Below are positions 38,909 to 50,544 of a DNA stretch of 64,000 bases, piece by piece. The DNA is from Camelus dromedarius (Eukaryota). Position 1 is the first letter of the stretch, and the number at the start of each line of letters is the position of its first letter. The position numbers and the translations under genes were made by a program. Where the stretch lies: assembly GCF_036321535.1 (NCBI RefSeq), contig NC_087437.1, positions 31,436,001 through 31,500,000 on the forward strand, read 5' to 3'. The notes below the pieces were generated by a model. The model made no database searches. It saw nothing but the letters and a program-made list of their open reading frames with translations, and was not told where the DNA came from.

Positions 38909-41900
38909 AACATCTCAATCTCAACATGTCCAAAATGACACTCTTATTTCCCTTTGTTCCCCCAAAGCCTGGTTCCCATAGTCTTCCCCATCTCAATAAA
39001 TGACAACTCCATTCTTCTAACTGCTCAAAAACTGAGGGGTCATCCCTGGCTCTTCAGTTTCCCTTCTACACCATATCCAATTCGACAGCAAACCCTCTCG
39101 GCTCTACCCATGATGCATCCAGAATCCAACCACATCTCATCACCGCCACAATTACTACACTGGTCCAAGCCACCATAATCTCTTGCCTACACTAATAACT
39201 GATCTTCCTGCTTTTACTCTTACCATCCAACAAGGCTCTTCTTCACCCAGCAGTCAGGGTTATCCTTTTAAAATGTAAATTATTTAGATTCCTGTCTCAA
39301 GGTGGAATCCAGAGTCCTTACCATGGGCCTAAAAGCTTTGAGATCTGGTCTCTGGCCAGCCCTTTGACCTCTTCAGCAGAACTTCTTTGTGTTCATTCCA
39401 CTCGAATCAAACTGGCTTCTGTGATTTTTTTTTTTTCCTAATATGCCAAGTTCGCCTCTACCTCAGATGCTATTCCATCTACCCAGAATGCTCTTCCCCT
39501 AATATCAAATTTAGTTCCTGTATCTTCAAGTTTCTGCTTAAATGTTTCCTTTTAGGAAATGCCTTTCCTGAACAGCACATCACTTTTAAACACCTTGTTT
39601 CTTACCACAGTATTCTTTCACACCTTATGCAGAGTGACTGTACATTTTGATTTATCCGGGACAGTCCTATTTCATTTGTATTGTCTTAACATAATTATAA
39701 ATAATTATTTTTAATGTGTCCTTGTTTGATATATTATGTGGTTGTTTACCTTTACCATGTCTTTTTTTGTTGTTGTTTCGCTTTTCCTTTTTTTAACCAC
39801 ATGTGATTTTTGTAGCTTTCATCACTACCCAATACCTCCTATCTGTCTCCTCCCATTAGAATATTGATAAGAGTTGACCATTTGTTCTATTCTCTAGTAT
39901 CTCTAGCACTTAGAAACGCCTAGAACACAAATACTCAACAAATATGTGTTGAATGACTAGGTCATTAAGTACCTGATAATGTCAATTGCTCTCCTAGGAA
40001 CCAGGGAGGAAAAGATAAATAAGACATAATTCATATTCAATGCACAAGCCCCACCTCAGAGATTCTGATTTGATCGCTCTTGTATAGAGACTAGAAACAG
40101 ATACACACATATACGTATATGTGTGTATGCATATATATAGTAAATGGCTCAAGTGATTCTCATGTATGGGCCAAGCTGAAAACCTGCTGTCTAGGAACTA
40201 TATGCCTAGAGGAGTCAAAGATGAAAGGCAGCTAGGTGTCAGAATCATCTCTCCTCAGTGAAAGGCTAGGATGTCCAATCTGCCAAAGTCATCATATTGA
40301 GTTTGGACATCAGCATTAAAATATATGCTATGTACATGATCCTGCCCAGTACGGCTGGCCAGAGCTACTGATGAATTAAATTCCTAAATTCTATTTTTGT
40401 CATTGGAAAAAGTCTTTACTATCTCTATAGCATATTGACTTTGCAAAGCCTGAGGAGCAAAAATGGGAACTATTTATGGCCCAGAATGTCTTATGACAAT
40501 ATAAAAAGTGGGGACAGGGAAGTTGTCAATGGAGAACTGATTCTGGGACTTGATGAAAATGAGCACTTGGACACCATTTATTTGCTGCAGGGAATAACTT
40601 TGTAACCAAACCTGTGCACATACCCTAATTATATCCTGAGGATTAATTCACACAGTAGAAATGCTATTAACTCAGATGATTGCTGCATACAATTTTCAAG
40701 ATCATCTTTAATTACTTAGGAATTCACTTTTTTTTTAAGTAAACTTTTTCGTATTAAATTTAGGCGTACTCCAAGTAGAAACAACTGAGTTGCTTAACAT
40801 GCTAAGGGATAATAATTCTGGATACCTCAAGAAATCTGGTAATTCTCTCCTCTGACAATATATAGTTAGGCTTAGTTCCTCCTCACTATATAATCTTAGC
40901 ACTTTGCAGGTATAGCTCTATTATAGTACTTACCACACTATAGGGTATTGGTTTGTTTTCTGGTTGGCTACACTCTCCAAGTCTCCTTTCCTCCCAGCAC
41001 TATCCCCTCCACTCTGCTCCCCATCACCTCCCCAGGTTTCAAATGCCCTACCCTAGAGTGTTTTAAAAGACTGAGCTCTCAAAGCAGCAGTATCTAGAAT
41101 ATCTTCAAAATGCAGAGTCCTCTGCCTTCTGAGATTTCGATTCAGGAGGTCTAGGGTGGGGCTGGGGGATCTGCAGCGGACTTTCCCAGGTGATCTGTGT
41201 GATCAGTTCACAAACTTCACTGTAAGAAACTGACAGAGAATAGAGATTACTTAGTCATCATTGTATAACTAGTGCCTGGCACATACGCAGCCAATAAATA
41301 TGAATTGAATAAACTGAATGAATGGCCTGGAAAACATGTGGGGACTTCTCTGAAGGAAGCATTTCATGAAGCATTTCCAAAGCCAGTTAGATCAGATGAT
41401 ACTTTGATTATGTGCTGTGTGAATTACTCAACAGGTCCAAAATGAAGGGGATTAAAGAGCACACTTGACTGTCATGAATCCTGTGAAGATAAGAACAGTC
41501 CAGCAGATGGTTAGGCAGTTACAAATGCAAATCTTAGATAAACAGAATAGTTTGTGACCTGGCATAAGCATTTGAGAATTCATCCTTGTACTCTCACCTT
41601 TCCCAGATAGAGGTACCTTGTTGCCTCATCAGAGGTGGAGAAAAGAAATGAGTTTCAAGAAAGAGATTATAAGTGAGAAATATTTTTAAAACTTGGAAGT
41701 GGTCTGCAACGTGAATATTCTATCACTTTTTGAAAATATGAATCTTAAGTTCACATTCACCAGAGCATGTTCATGTCAAGCTCGACACCGACCTACCTCT
41801 GAGCTTTGAATTCACTCACCCTTAATTCTTGCTGATGAAATTCTGTTTTTCATTGCTGTGACATATTCTCTAGTAGCATTTTCCAGTCTTCTACCAACAC

Positions 41901-44539
41901 CATATTTAAGGCCCACTTGAGGTAAATAAATTTCAGCCCAACTCTCTTCTTACTCAAGGATCCAACAGTGTAGAACTCCTTCTCAGGAAAATAGGAAACC
42001 CTCCTTTAGATAAGTTCCAGGAGTTGGCACATTGGTAAAAATATCAAGACAATTTTCAATAATAGGTTTTGTATGTTTAAAAATATCAGTAATTCAGTTG
42101 GGGAGCAAGTTTGACTTTTCTTTCACTTTGACTATATTAGATACATGCACTTTGAGGTGGAGAATAAATTGTCCTTATGTACATAGAAAAAATTATAGCT
42201 TGGACTTAGCACTCACAGATAAGGAATTGTCAATGTGCCATTTATGCAAATTGGCAGTGTTCTCTATTTAATCTCAGAACAGCATAGCTGAGAGCTACGG
42301 CCTCTGTTTTCAAATCTCAAGTCTTTCATTATGCTCTCTGAGTCATGCTAGTCACTGTTTCCTTCTCGATGTGGTAACCAGAAATGATTATCTTTCCACC
42401 AAAAGGATGTTGGGGAATTAACTATTACTAATAATTGTGAAAACAAAAAGAAACAGATATTAATACTTAACCTTTGTAGCAAGCACTCTGTTAATAAAGA
42501 TGAGAACAGGAGATCTTGGGTCACTTGAAATTTCAAGTAGTCTCAGCTTTTACATGAATGAGTTGTTCATTGGAAGTACTATATGAAACTTATCAGTCAT
42601 GCTAAAGCAAATCCAGCAGACAAGGATAATGGAAATTAGCCATAAAAGGGATACATGGAAAGGAACTTAGAATATTTCAATTGTATAAGTATATTTGAAA
42701 AGAATTAAATGGCTGGCTTAGGGCCACATCACAGAAAGTGTGCATATGCCTTATATGTTGTATGTGTGTTTGTGTCTTTTGAATGTAAAAGCATTCAAAG
42801 AGAAGCCACTTAGTGACGTACATGCACTAATAATCATTAATCCAGTGACTTTAATGTAGTAGATACTCAGTGAATAAATGATTTTTTTAAGTGAATTAAG
42901 TTCAGTGACAAGAAACCAGTTAAGTAAACTTGTTATAGTTACTTGGAATATTAAACAGCTATTTGTTTAAAAGCTATTTGTTTCCCTTTGTTAACATAAA
43001 AAGCTGTTTATAATATAGTGTTAGGTAAAATATGAATACACTGTAATGTTATCATTAAAAACCTTTGAATAAAATAAGAGTGCATAAGTATAGCAAAATG
43101 TTACAGTGGGACGAGAAGTTTCAACTATGGGTATTCTTATGTCTTCTCTCTACTTTCTATTTTTTCTTTCATAAACATGTATTTCTTAACTATATACTTT
43201 GGTATGTGGGGAATTGGCAGGAAATGCTATAGGAGTAGATGTGCTGCTTTGGGATAGCTCTTATATGCTAGGTCATGCTGCTGCTGTCCAATTGGTAGAG
43301 CCTACAAGCAGGAAGACTAGTTAGTAGATAGCTTATGATAGTTGATGTATTAGCCAAGAACATGTTTAGCTACACATAACAGAAAACGGTTTAACCAAAT
43401 ACGGGTTTATTTTTCAGACTTAACGATAAGTCTAAGGGTAGCCACTCTGGGACTGCTGCAGCAGTTTTAAGATATCATGAATGACCCAGACTCCTCCCAT
43501 CATCCTGTGCCAGGATCCTTAGCTTGTGGATTCCATCCTCATATTTTCCACATCATGTTCACCTTCAGTTTTGTCATGAGGTTCCATCTCCATCTTCACA
43601 TTAGTATTCTAAGAGGAAGAAAAAAAAAAAAGGAAGAAATGAATTGTGGTATCTCTATATTAGGGAAAAAAGTTCTTTTTTAGAAACCTTCACCATGTCT
43701 AGAACTATATCCCATGGCCACCCATAATGTACAGGATCTAGGGAAATGTGTTTGGGGGCTAAGCATATTGCTAGCCCTTATCTGCAAAAACAAAAACAAA
43801 AAACAAAAACCCCATAACAGTGTTAGATCTTTCTAATAAGAAAGGGGCAACAAGCAGTGTCTGCCCCTCTTTCTCATGTAAGGAATACTCATCCCCTCCC
43901 TAAAAGAAAAAAAAAATCCCAACATCTCTGCAAGAAACTTAGAGTCCAAGATCCAGAAATCCTGATGATGTTGGGTACTCCCCAGCAAGTGTGTCATTCC
44001 TCGTACGCTGGCACCAATATATATATGTATCTGCCTCAATACTAAAAAGTAATGGTGGATAGACAAGGTACTAGATGTTGGTAAAATTCCTATTCAGAAA
44101 GCAGAAAATGGAAACACATAGTGGTCACTAGTCCAAAGGACATCTCAAATCCTGTTGGATAATTAAAGCAAAGAATCAATGCCCTTGGTTAATCTGTCAG
44201 TTCCTGTTTCTCTTCTGTAGGAGGATCTTACTACTCCATTATATTCCAGAGGTCACATCTGAGGCAGACATTGTGGAGGATACATTTTCTGGAGCAGTAA
44301 AATTTTAGCAGTCTGAGGAGCCTACATCCAAGAGTGGTGAGTCCAGAATCTGGTGTCATTTTTCACTTTGAGCCAACTGACACCCTGAAAGCAATAGTAG
44401 AGAGGTTGAGTTACTCCTCAAGGAGAGTTACTGGGGGGAGTGGAGGGTGAAAAATAAATTGGAATTCCAAAGGGCTACACCCTGGGAGTAACTTTTAATT
44501 ATTAATCCTTGATTGGATTAAGGTGATCTGCTCTTAATC

Positions 44540-44970
44540 TAAGCATCTTCCATTATTCACGGCCTTGGGCAATCCCCTCCCACATAGACTCTGAGCTTGG
44601 TCCTGTGACTTGCTTTGGACAATAGCATTATTAAGCATGATGCAAACAAAAGCTTGCACACTGAGGCTTGTCCTCTTGGAATGCTCCCTCTTAGAACCCT
44701 GAGAGGGTTCCATGCTTTAAGGAAGCCCAAGTTAGCCATACGAAGAAGCCATGTAGAGAAAAACCAGAGAACTCAGCCAACAGCCAGGCCCCAGCCATCT
44801 GAACCACCTCAGTTGAGACCCCAGACATCATGGAGCAGAGATAAGCCACCTGCACCACTCCCTGACTGAATTCCTGAGCCAGAGAATCCAGAATTATGAG
44901 CATCTAAGAGTTGTTGTTTTAAGTTGTAAGTTTTGGAGTCATTTCTACACAGGAATAAATAACTGAAACA
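44540..44970 (+). mobile_element. MaLR (MLT1F/G-like) solo LTR ~1.6 kb upstream of exon 1
   Basis: ctgtgacttgctttggacaatag and the 3' signature gttgttgttttaagttgtaagttttggagtcatttctacacaggaataaataactgaaaca. Confidence 0.7.
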
Positions 44971-46288
44971 CTACTAAAAGAATAAAAAATGTGTATAACA
45001 AATAACCTATTGTTGAGAGAGAATAGAATTTAAAATACTAAATCCAAAAGAAGGCATAAAAGGGAAGAAAAAGAACATAGGACAGTGAGACAAATAGCAA
45101 ACAGTAAAATGGTAGATTTAAACTCAGATACTTGCTTCTGGGAAACTCCATAAATGTTTAGGCACAGACCAAGATTTTGTTGCAACACAATTTTTAAAGC
45201 CTGGAAATTATTTTACTTATTAGTCTCTGAATTATGCCCATGTCATTCCCACCTTGTCAAGACCCCCCTCCTTGTGCCACTTGAAATAAGTCTGCTGGGC
45301 GGATACTACCTTTAATCTATTCTTTGCTGTTGTGTCACCCAGCTTGGTTTAGAACACTTTTAAGAAAGGCTTAGAATAATATTTATTACTACCACCTCTT
45401 ATTTTTTTTACAGGCTCCCATGTTTGGTAAGGTAATGGCTGGCCTTTTTCAACCCAGAATGGCTCTACAGTTACGGTATTAAGTCACTTTAGATTTCAGG
45501 ACACAGGAAGAGAGTATCTCTTTGCAATCTGTGTTCCCTTCCTGTCAGCTGTTGGGAATACAGCCACGATTAATTTTCTTTGATTATGATCAGGGCCTGC
45601 CCCCGCACCCCATATAGCAATTATACGAGTTTAGCATAGTGTTTCTTCCTCCACCACTGAAAAGCTATTCACTAGATAGGACCTACCATCCAGGGCATTT
45701 TACCAGAAAATATGGCAAATTCACATGCGATGTGTATTTCAGAAGTAAGTACATGGTGCTCTGCAAGCTCCATGTCTGGGCTGATCAGGACTGTAGTCTT
45801 AAGTCTCTATTGCACCCCCTGGCATGCAACAGGCATTGGACAAATATTTGATGAATAAATAAGTCACTACGTGTTTGTGGGCTTTAAAACACACAGACGC
45901 GCTTTTATCGTCAGAACCCCAAAGCTACGTTTCCCTCCTGCAATGCTGCGAATGTTTCCCATGAAACAGGAATGCCCGCAACCAGGTCCGGCAAGCGCTG
46001 GCCCTGGTACATCGCCGGGCCTGCCCGTCCAGTACGGGGCGGGCGACCCCGTCTGGCCGCAGCAGCTCTAGCAGCCGATCGCCTCCTTTCCGGGTGGGCG
46101 GCGTCAGGAGCAGGAGGCCTTCTGTGAGGAGGCAAATAAACAAAAGCCAACCGCACAGAAACGGGTTGTTCCATTTCACATCCTCCCTGGGTTTCCTCCG
46201 AACAAAGTGACCCTCCATCTGTCCGCAGGCAGGTGGAGCCCGTCCCACACGGCGCACATCCCCTCCTCCCAGCCGCACAATCCTATAC

Positions 46289-46414
46289 GCGTGCAGACAC
46301 GGACCCTCTGGGTCCCAGCTGGTGGGGGAAGGACACGCCCCCTTCAGGGAGCACGCGGCCGCCGCACGCACACCTCGCGCGCGCCTCCCCGCCCGGGAGC
46401 GCGCACGCGCACGC
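46289..46414. promoter_or_regulatory. Cluster of six AHR/ARNT core motifs (GCGTG/CACGC) in the proximal promoter
   Basis: Cores at 46289, 46334, 46352, 46365, 46404 and 46410. TIPARP is an established AHR target, but such cores are common in CpG islands. Confidence 0.5.
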
Positions 46415-46564
46415 GGGGGCGGGCCTCCTTCCCGGCACCCACTGAGCTCCCGGTCCCCTCACCCCACCCCACCCCTCTGCTGCTCAGGCTCCGCCTCCGC
46501 GACTGGGCTGCTGAGAGGAGGCGACCGGAAGCCACTTAAAAGCAGAGCTCGGGGTGACAGGCGA

Positions 46565-46768
46565 GCGAGCTGGAGCGGGAGTGCAGTCGCGGCTTTCTGC
46601 GCTCCCGGCGGCGGAATGGCCAGAGCGCCGCTCGCCGCGTCTTCGGCCTGCGACCCCTAGACGCCCGAGTCAGTCCTCCCCGCCGACCTCCTGGCGCGGA
46701 CACTGCCCGCTAGCCGGCGGCGCCGCGACTCGCCCCCTTTGGTCCGGTCCCTCAGGCTGCCCGTTCAG
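46565..46768 (+). other. TIPARP: TIPARP non-coding exon 1 (5' boundary approximate)
   Basis: Lies in the CpG island downstream of ETS (CCGGAAG 46525-46531) and TATA-like (CTTAAAA 46535-46541) motifs. Ends at the strong donor CAG|GTAAAG (GT at 46769-46770). Implied intron 1 is 46769-49588. Confidence 0.7.
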
Positions 46769-47839
46769 GTAAAGGGCTCCGGGTGGGCTCCGAGGGGTCA
46801 ATGAAGGACAGTAGCTGGGATGGCGGGCACGGAAGGGGGCGCCGGCCTCGCTGCCTGCTTTCACGGATCTGAGGTGATTGATGTTTAAATTTACTCGGAT
46901 CTCGTCAATACCGGAGTGGCATCGGTTTACAGTTCTCAGTCACTTTGGGCCTCTGGCAGGTGTATAAATCAGAGTAAGACATCGAAGGGTTTAGTCAGGG
47001 GCGCCGGCGTCTCCCGATTCCCACTGGGTCAGGGCGGTTCGGGGGCGCGTCTACGCGGTAGCCTCCGTCAGGCAGACCCCCGCTCTCTGAGGGGGAGGGG
47101 GAGGGCGATTGAGGGGGAGGGCACGGCCGCTGAGGGGAGCCTTCCAGCGGACCCGCGTTCCGGCTGCAGCCAGAAGTTTGCAGACTGTTTTCAGATTAAC
47201 TTCGAAGTCTTCGCCTTCCTTCTCGCCAGCCTGAGAAGCGCCCGCCGCGTTTTCCCTGCTCTTCTCGGGTCGGAGACTCGCGGGACGATCTTCTCGGGGA
47301 GGTCGGTGGAGGAGGAAAAGAAATTAACTGTGCAAGGCGCTGCGAGTGGCCTCTGGAAGAGAGGGCAGCCGGGCAGGGGTCGCTGGTTGAGAGGGGCTGG
47401 CCCGAGGGTTTAGCGGGGGCGCCCTGGCTGAGGGGCAGGCGGGTTGCCCTGGAACACCCGGAACTGGCCGCGCTGCGCAGGAGTTGGTGCGACCCCCACG
47501 GCGCCCAGCTGCACAAACCGCCGCCGCCAGCAGGAGGCGTCGCTCGGACCCTGGCTAGGTCCCCGGAGTCCTGAGTTGGGAGGGGGCGGTTTCCAGGGAC
47601 CGTGCGATGGGCCGGGAGTGCCCGAGAACCCGGGGGCATCACGAGGTGAAGGGTGGGGCGGTAGGTCGCCTGCAGCAGGGACTGGAGGAAGTGTCCTTCC
47701 AATCTTTATTTTTCTGTTATGCAAACTCATTGAGGAACTAGGTTCTAGTGACTTCCCCACTCCAGCCACTCCTCCAGTTCTCTGCCCTTTCTTCGGTTTT
47801 ATTTCTGAGTTTGACAGAGGGCAAAAATAGGGAAAGTTG

Positions 47840-47948
47840 TAGCGTGTGTGTTTGCACCCGTGTAAATGAACTGGGTTTCGACTCTGTTTTGCCTTGATTG
47901 GGTGTGATAGGAATGGTGTGTGTGCGCGCGTGCTTGCGTGCGTGCGTG
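47840..47948 (+). promoter_or_regulatory. Intron 1 xenobiotic response element cluster
   Basis: Full TNGCGTG sites at 47840-47846 (TAGCGTG) and 47934-47940 (TTGCGTG). Further GCGTG cores at 47928, 47940 and 47944 form a concatemer. Confidence 0.7.
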
Positions 47949-49588
47949 GGGGAAGGCACAGGCTGGTTTGGTGTGGTGGAGAGGGAATACCACAATCTGT
48001 GCCAATTGTGCCTTGAGGCAAGAGCACCAAATGATGAATAATAATTCCTGGCTTGGCTGCTTTCCAGTTGATTTATGTCTTATGTCAAGTCCCTCCTTCT
48101 TCATGAAGCTTCTCCTAACAATGCCAGCTCACATTGAACTCTCCTTTTTCTACCTTTTCTTTTGTACTTGCCATGTGCGCTAACACCTCGTTATATAATT
48201 TTTTAAAATTTTTCCTGAATTTGATTATTATGCATTTTACACAGGTAGATTTATGAATCTCTCCAGTTAGATGTCTAATATCCATTTTAATGGGGACTTA
48301 ATTTTCTCATTTTGTTGGTATTGTTGAACCGTAGAGGCTCACAGAACTAGGTATTTAATAGGTGCTTTTTCTTCAGTAATTCAGCTCCAAAATATGGAGC
48401 ATCCACTGTGTGTATTGTGCTAGGCACTGTACTGAGTACCTGGGATGCATACTTGATGAAGTCATGGGCCTTTGCATCAAGGATTTCTTTCAGTCTACTG
48501 GACAAGAGAGAAGAGGATTAGTTGCTCATCGCCACCCCTTTTCCACCTGGCACAATATTCAGTAAATATATTCAGAATTAGTTAATGAATGCTAGATTGT
48601 GGAGGAGACACCATTTGTCATTTTACAAAGTTTTCTTTGCTTTTTACTCTAAGATCCAGTTTTTTTTCAAGGGATCTGATTCTTTGAAGAAAGCACTTTT
48701 TTATTCTCTGAGTAGTTCATTAGGAATCTTAAATTTGATGTGTCTTGTTTTTTTGTTATTTTTCTATAATATGCTTCATTTGTCTTTTGAAAAATATGTA
48801 TGTTTCTGAGGACAAGGAGGCCCCTTTCTGTATTACGAAGTTGCGTTTGGTTTTTAAAACAATATGCGGTGGTTGTTGCTGATGTAGCTTCTGTTGCTAA
48901 ACAAGTCCTGGTATTCTCCCTCCAGTAGTGGTAATGTTTTGGGGATTGCAAAAGTAGACTCTTAACATCCTTGGGGAATATATTGGAACTTTCTGAATCT
49001 AGAAATGCTTCAACAGGGTCCTGGCTTTCTCCCATATAACATTTTAATTGAGAGCCCGTTTCCTGAGTATATCCTCACACACCAAATTCACTGGTTAACT
49101 TTGAAATTTTTCCTGCATTTGATGAATTTTTTTTTTTAACAAAGAAACAGTTTTTGTCACCTCAAGAGATAAGTGATACATAAACAACTGTGAAGAGAAC
49201 CACAAAGCAGTGGAGATGTGGTTTCCCTGCTGTCATCAGACACACTTATTTCTACCCTTCACCCCCACTGTACCCTAGACTTACTGTAAAAATTCACACC
49301 CCGGCATAGTTACAAATCGTTATGTATTAAGTTCACAAATCAATGTCAAGAGCCTATTGGAAGATACTAACTGTCTTTCACCTTTACTTGTTGTGGACTT
49401 TTAAATAACTTTGGCTGCTTTGGAACCTTGATTTCTCAATAAAATTTAAAATTGACCTGTAAAAATGAAATATAGTATAAGAGGAATGATTTCAGGGACT
49501 TAGAGACTAAAACAAAACATGCTGATGAATGAATAGGATTTGGTTGTTGTCAGCTTGTAAATAATCATCTTCTTTCCTTTCCTGGTAG

Positions 49589-49627
49589 GATTTTTAGACT
49601 GAGGGGCAATTGGAGCTAATCCACACT
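49589..49627 (+). other. TIPARP: TIPARP exon 2, 5'UTR portion after the splice acceptor
   Basis: Polypyrimidine tract tcatcttctttcctttcctggtAG ends at 49588, 39 nt upstream of the ATG. Confidence 0.8.
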
Positions 49628-50544
49628 ATGGAAATGGAAACCACCGAACCTGAGCCAGGCTGTATAGTGCAGCCTCCCTCTCCTCCTGATGACTTTTCAT
49701 GCCAAATGAGACTCTCTGAGAAGATCACTCCATTGAAGACCTGCTTTAAGAAAAAGGATCAGAAGAGATTGGGAACCGGAACCCTGAGGTCTTTGAGGCC
49801 AATATTAAACACTTTGCTAGAATCTGGCTCACTTGATGGGGTTTTTAGATCTAGAAACCAGAGTGCAGATGAGAGCAGCTTACATGAACCTTTGGTGAAA
49901 AAACCGTTGGAAATCAATCCATCATGTCCACCAGCAGAAAACAATATGTCTGTCCTGATTCCTGATGGGACAAATGTTGGGGGCCAAATATCAGAAGCCC
50001 ATCCTCCCACTGATGCTCCAGAACAAGTGGTTCCAATCCAGGATCACAGCTTTCCACCAGAAACCATCAGTGGGACAGTGGCAGATTCTACAGCAGGACA
50101 CTTTCAGACTGACCTTTTGCATCCAGTTTCAGGTGATGTTCCTGCTAGTCCTGACTGCATAGACAAAGTCATGGATTATGTTCCAGGGGTTTTCCAAGAC
50201 AACAGTTTTACAATCCAGTACATTTTGGACACCAGTGATAAGTTGAGTACCGAGCTCTTTCAGGACAAAAGTGAGGAGGCTTCCCTTGACCTTGTGTTTG
50301 AGCTGGTGAACCAGCTACAGTACCACACTCACCAAGAGAATGGAATTGAAATTTGCATGGACTTTTTGCAAGGCACTTGTATTTATGGCAGGGATTGTTT
50401 GAAGCACCACACAGTCTTGCCATATCATTGGCAGGTCAAGAGGACAACTACTCAGAAGTGGCAGAGTGTATCCAATGATTCCCAGGAACACTTGGAAAGA
50501 TTTTACTGTAACCCAGAGAATGATAGAATGAGAATGAAGTATGG
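49628..50544 (+). CDS. TIPARP: TCDD-inducible poly(ADP-ribose) polymerase (TIPARP/PARP7/ARTD14), first coding exon (exon 2), residues 1-305 plus 2 nt; the gene continues beyond the window
   Basis: ORF 49610..50614 contains MEMETTEPEP...KTCFKKKDQKRLGTG...ICMDFLQGTCIYGRDCLKHH...RMRMKYG, recognised as the mammalian TIPARP N-terminus. ATG at 49628 is in strong Kozak context (actATGG). The donor GG|GTATGT at 50544/50545 gives 917 coding nt (phase 2). Residues after KYG in the ORF track are intronic read-through. Confidence 0.97.
50354..50410 (+). other. TIPARP: CCCH zinc finger coding segment of TIPARP (C243-x7-C-x5-C-x3-H)
   Basis: Translation is CMDFLQGTCIYGRDCLKHH; the first Cys is codon 243 counted from 49628. 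Confidence 0.9.

Larger units (their letters stand above)
45980..47690. promoter_or_regulatory. CpG island / TIPARP promoter
   Basis: Abrupt GC- and CpG-rich segment in otherwise CpG-depleted DNA. Contains GC boxes (GGGGCGGG), an NRF1-like GCGCACGCGC (46401-46410), an ETS site, and a forkhead-like GCAAATAAACA (46132-46142). Confidence 0.92.

Noticed and set aside
41498..41515. CTCF-like motif ccagcagatggtt
   Set aside because: Partial match only; cannot be supported without a PWM scan or ChIP data.
45871..48183. Many overlapping 60-206 aa ORFs across the CpG island
   Set aside because: GC-rich DNA lacks stop codons. The products are low-complexity Arg/Pro/Gly/Ala with no recognisable domain, and many have non-ATG starts.
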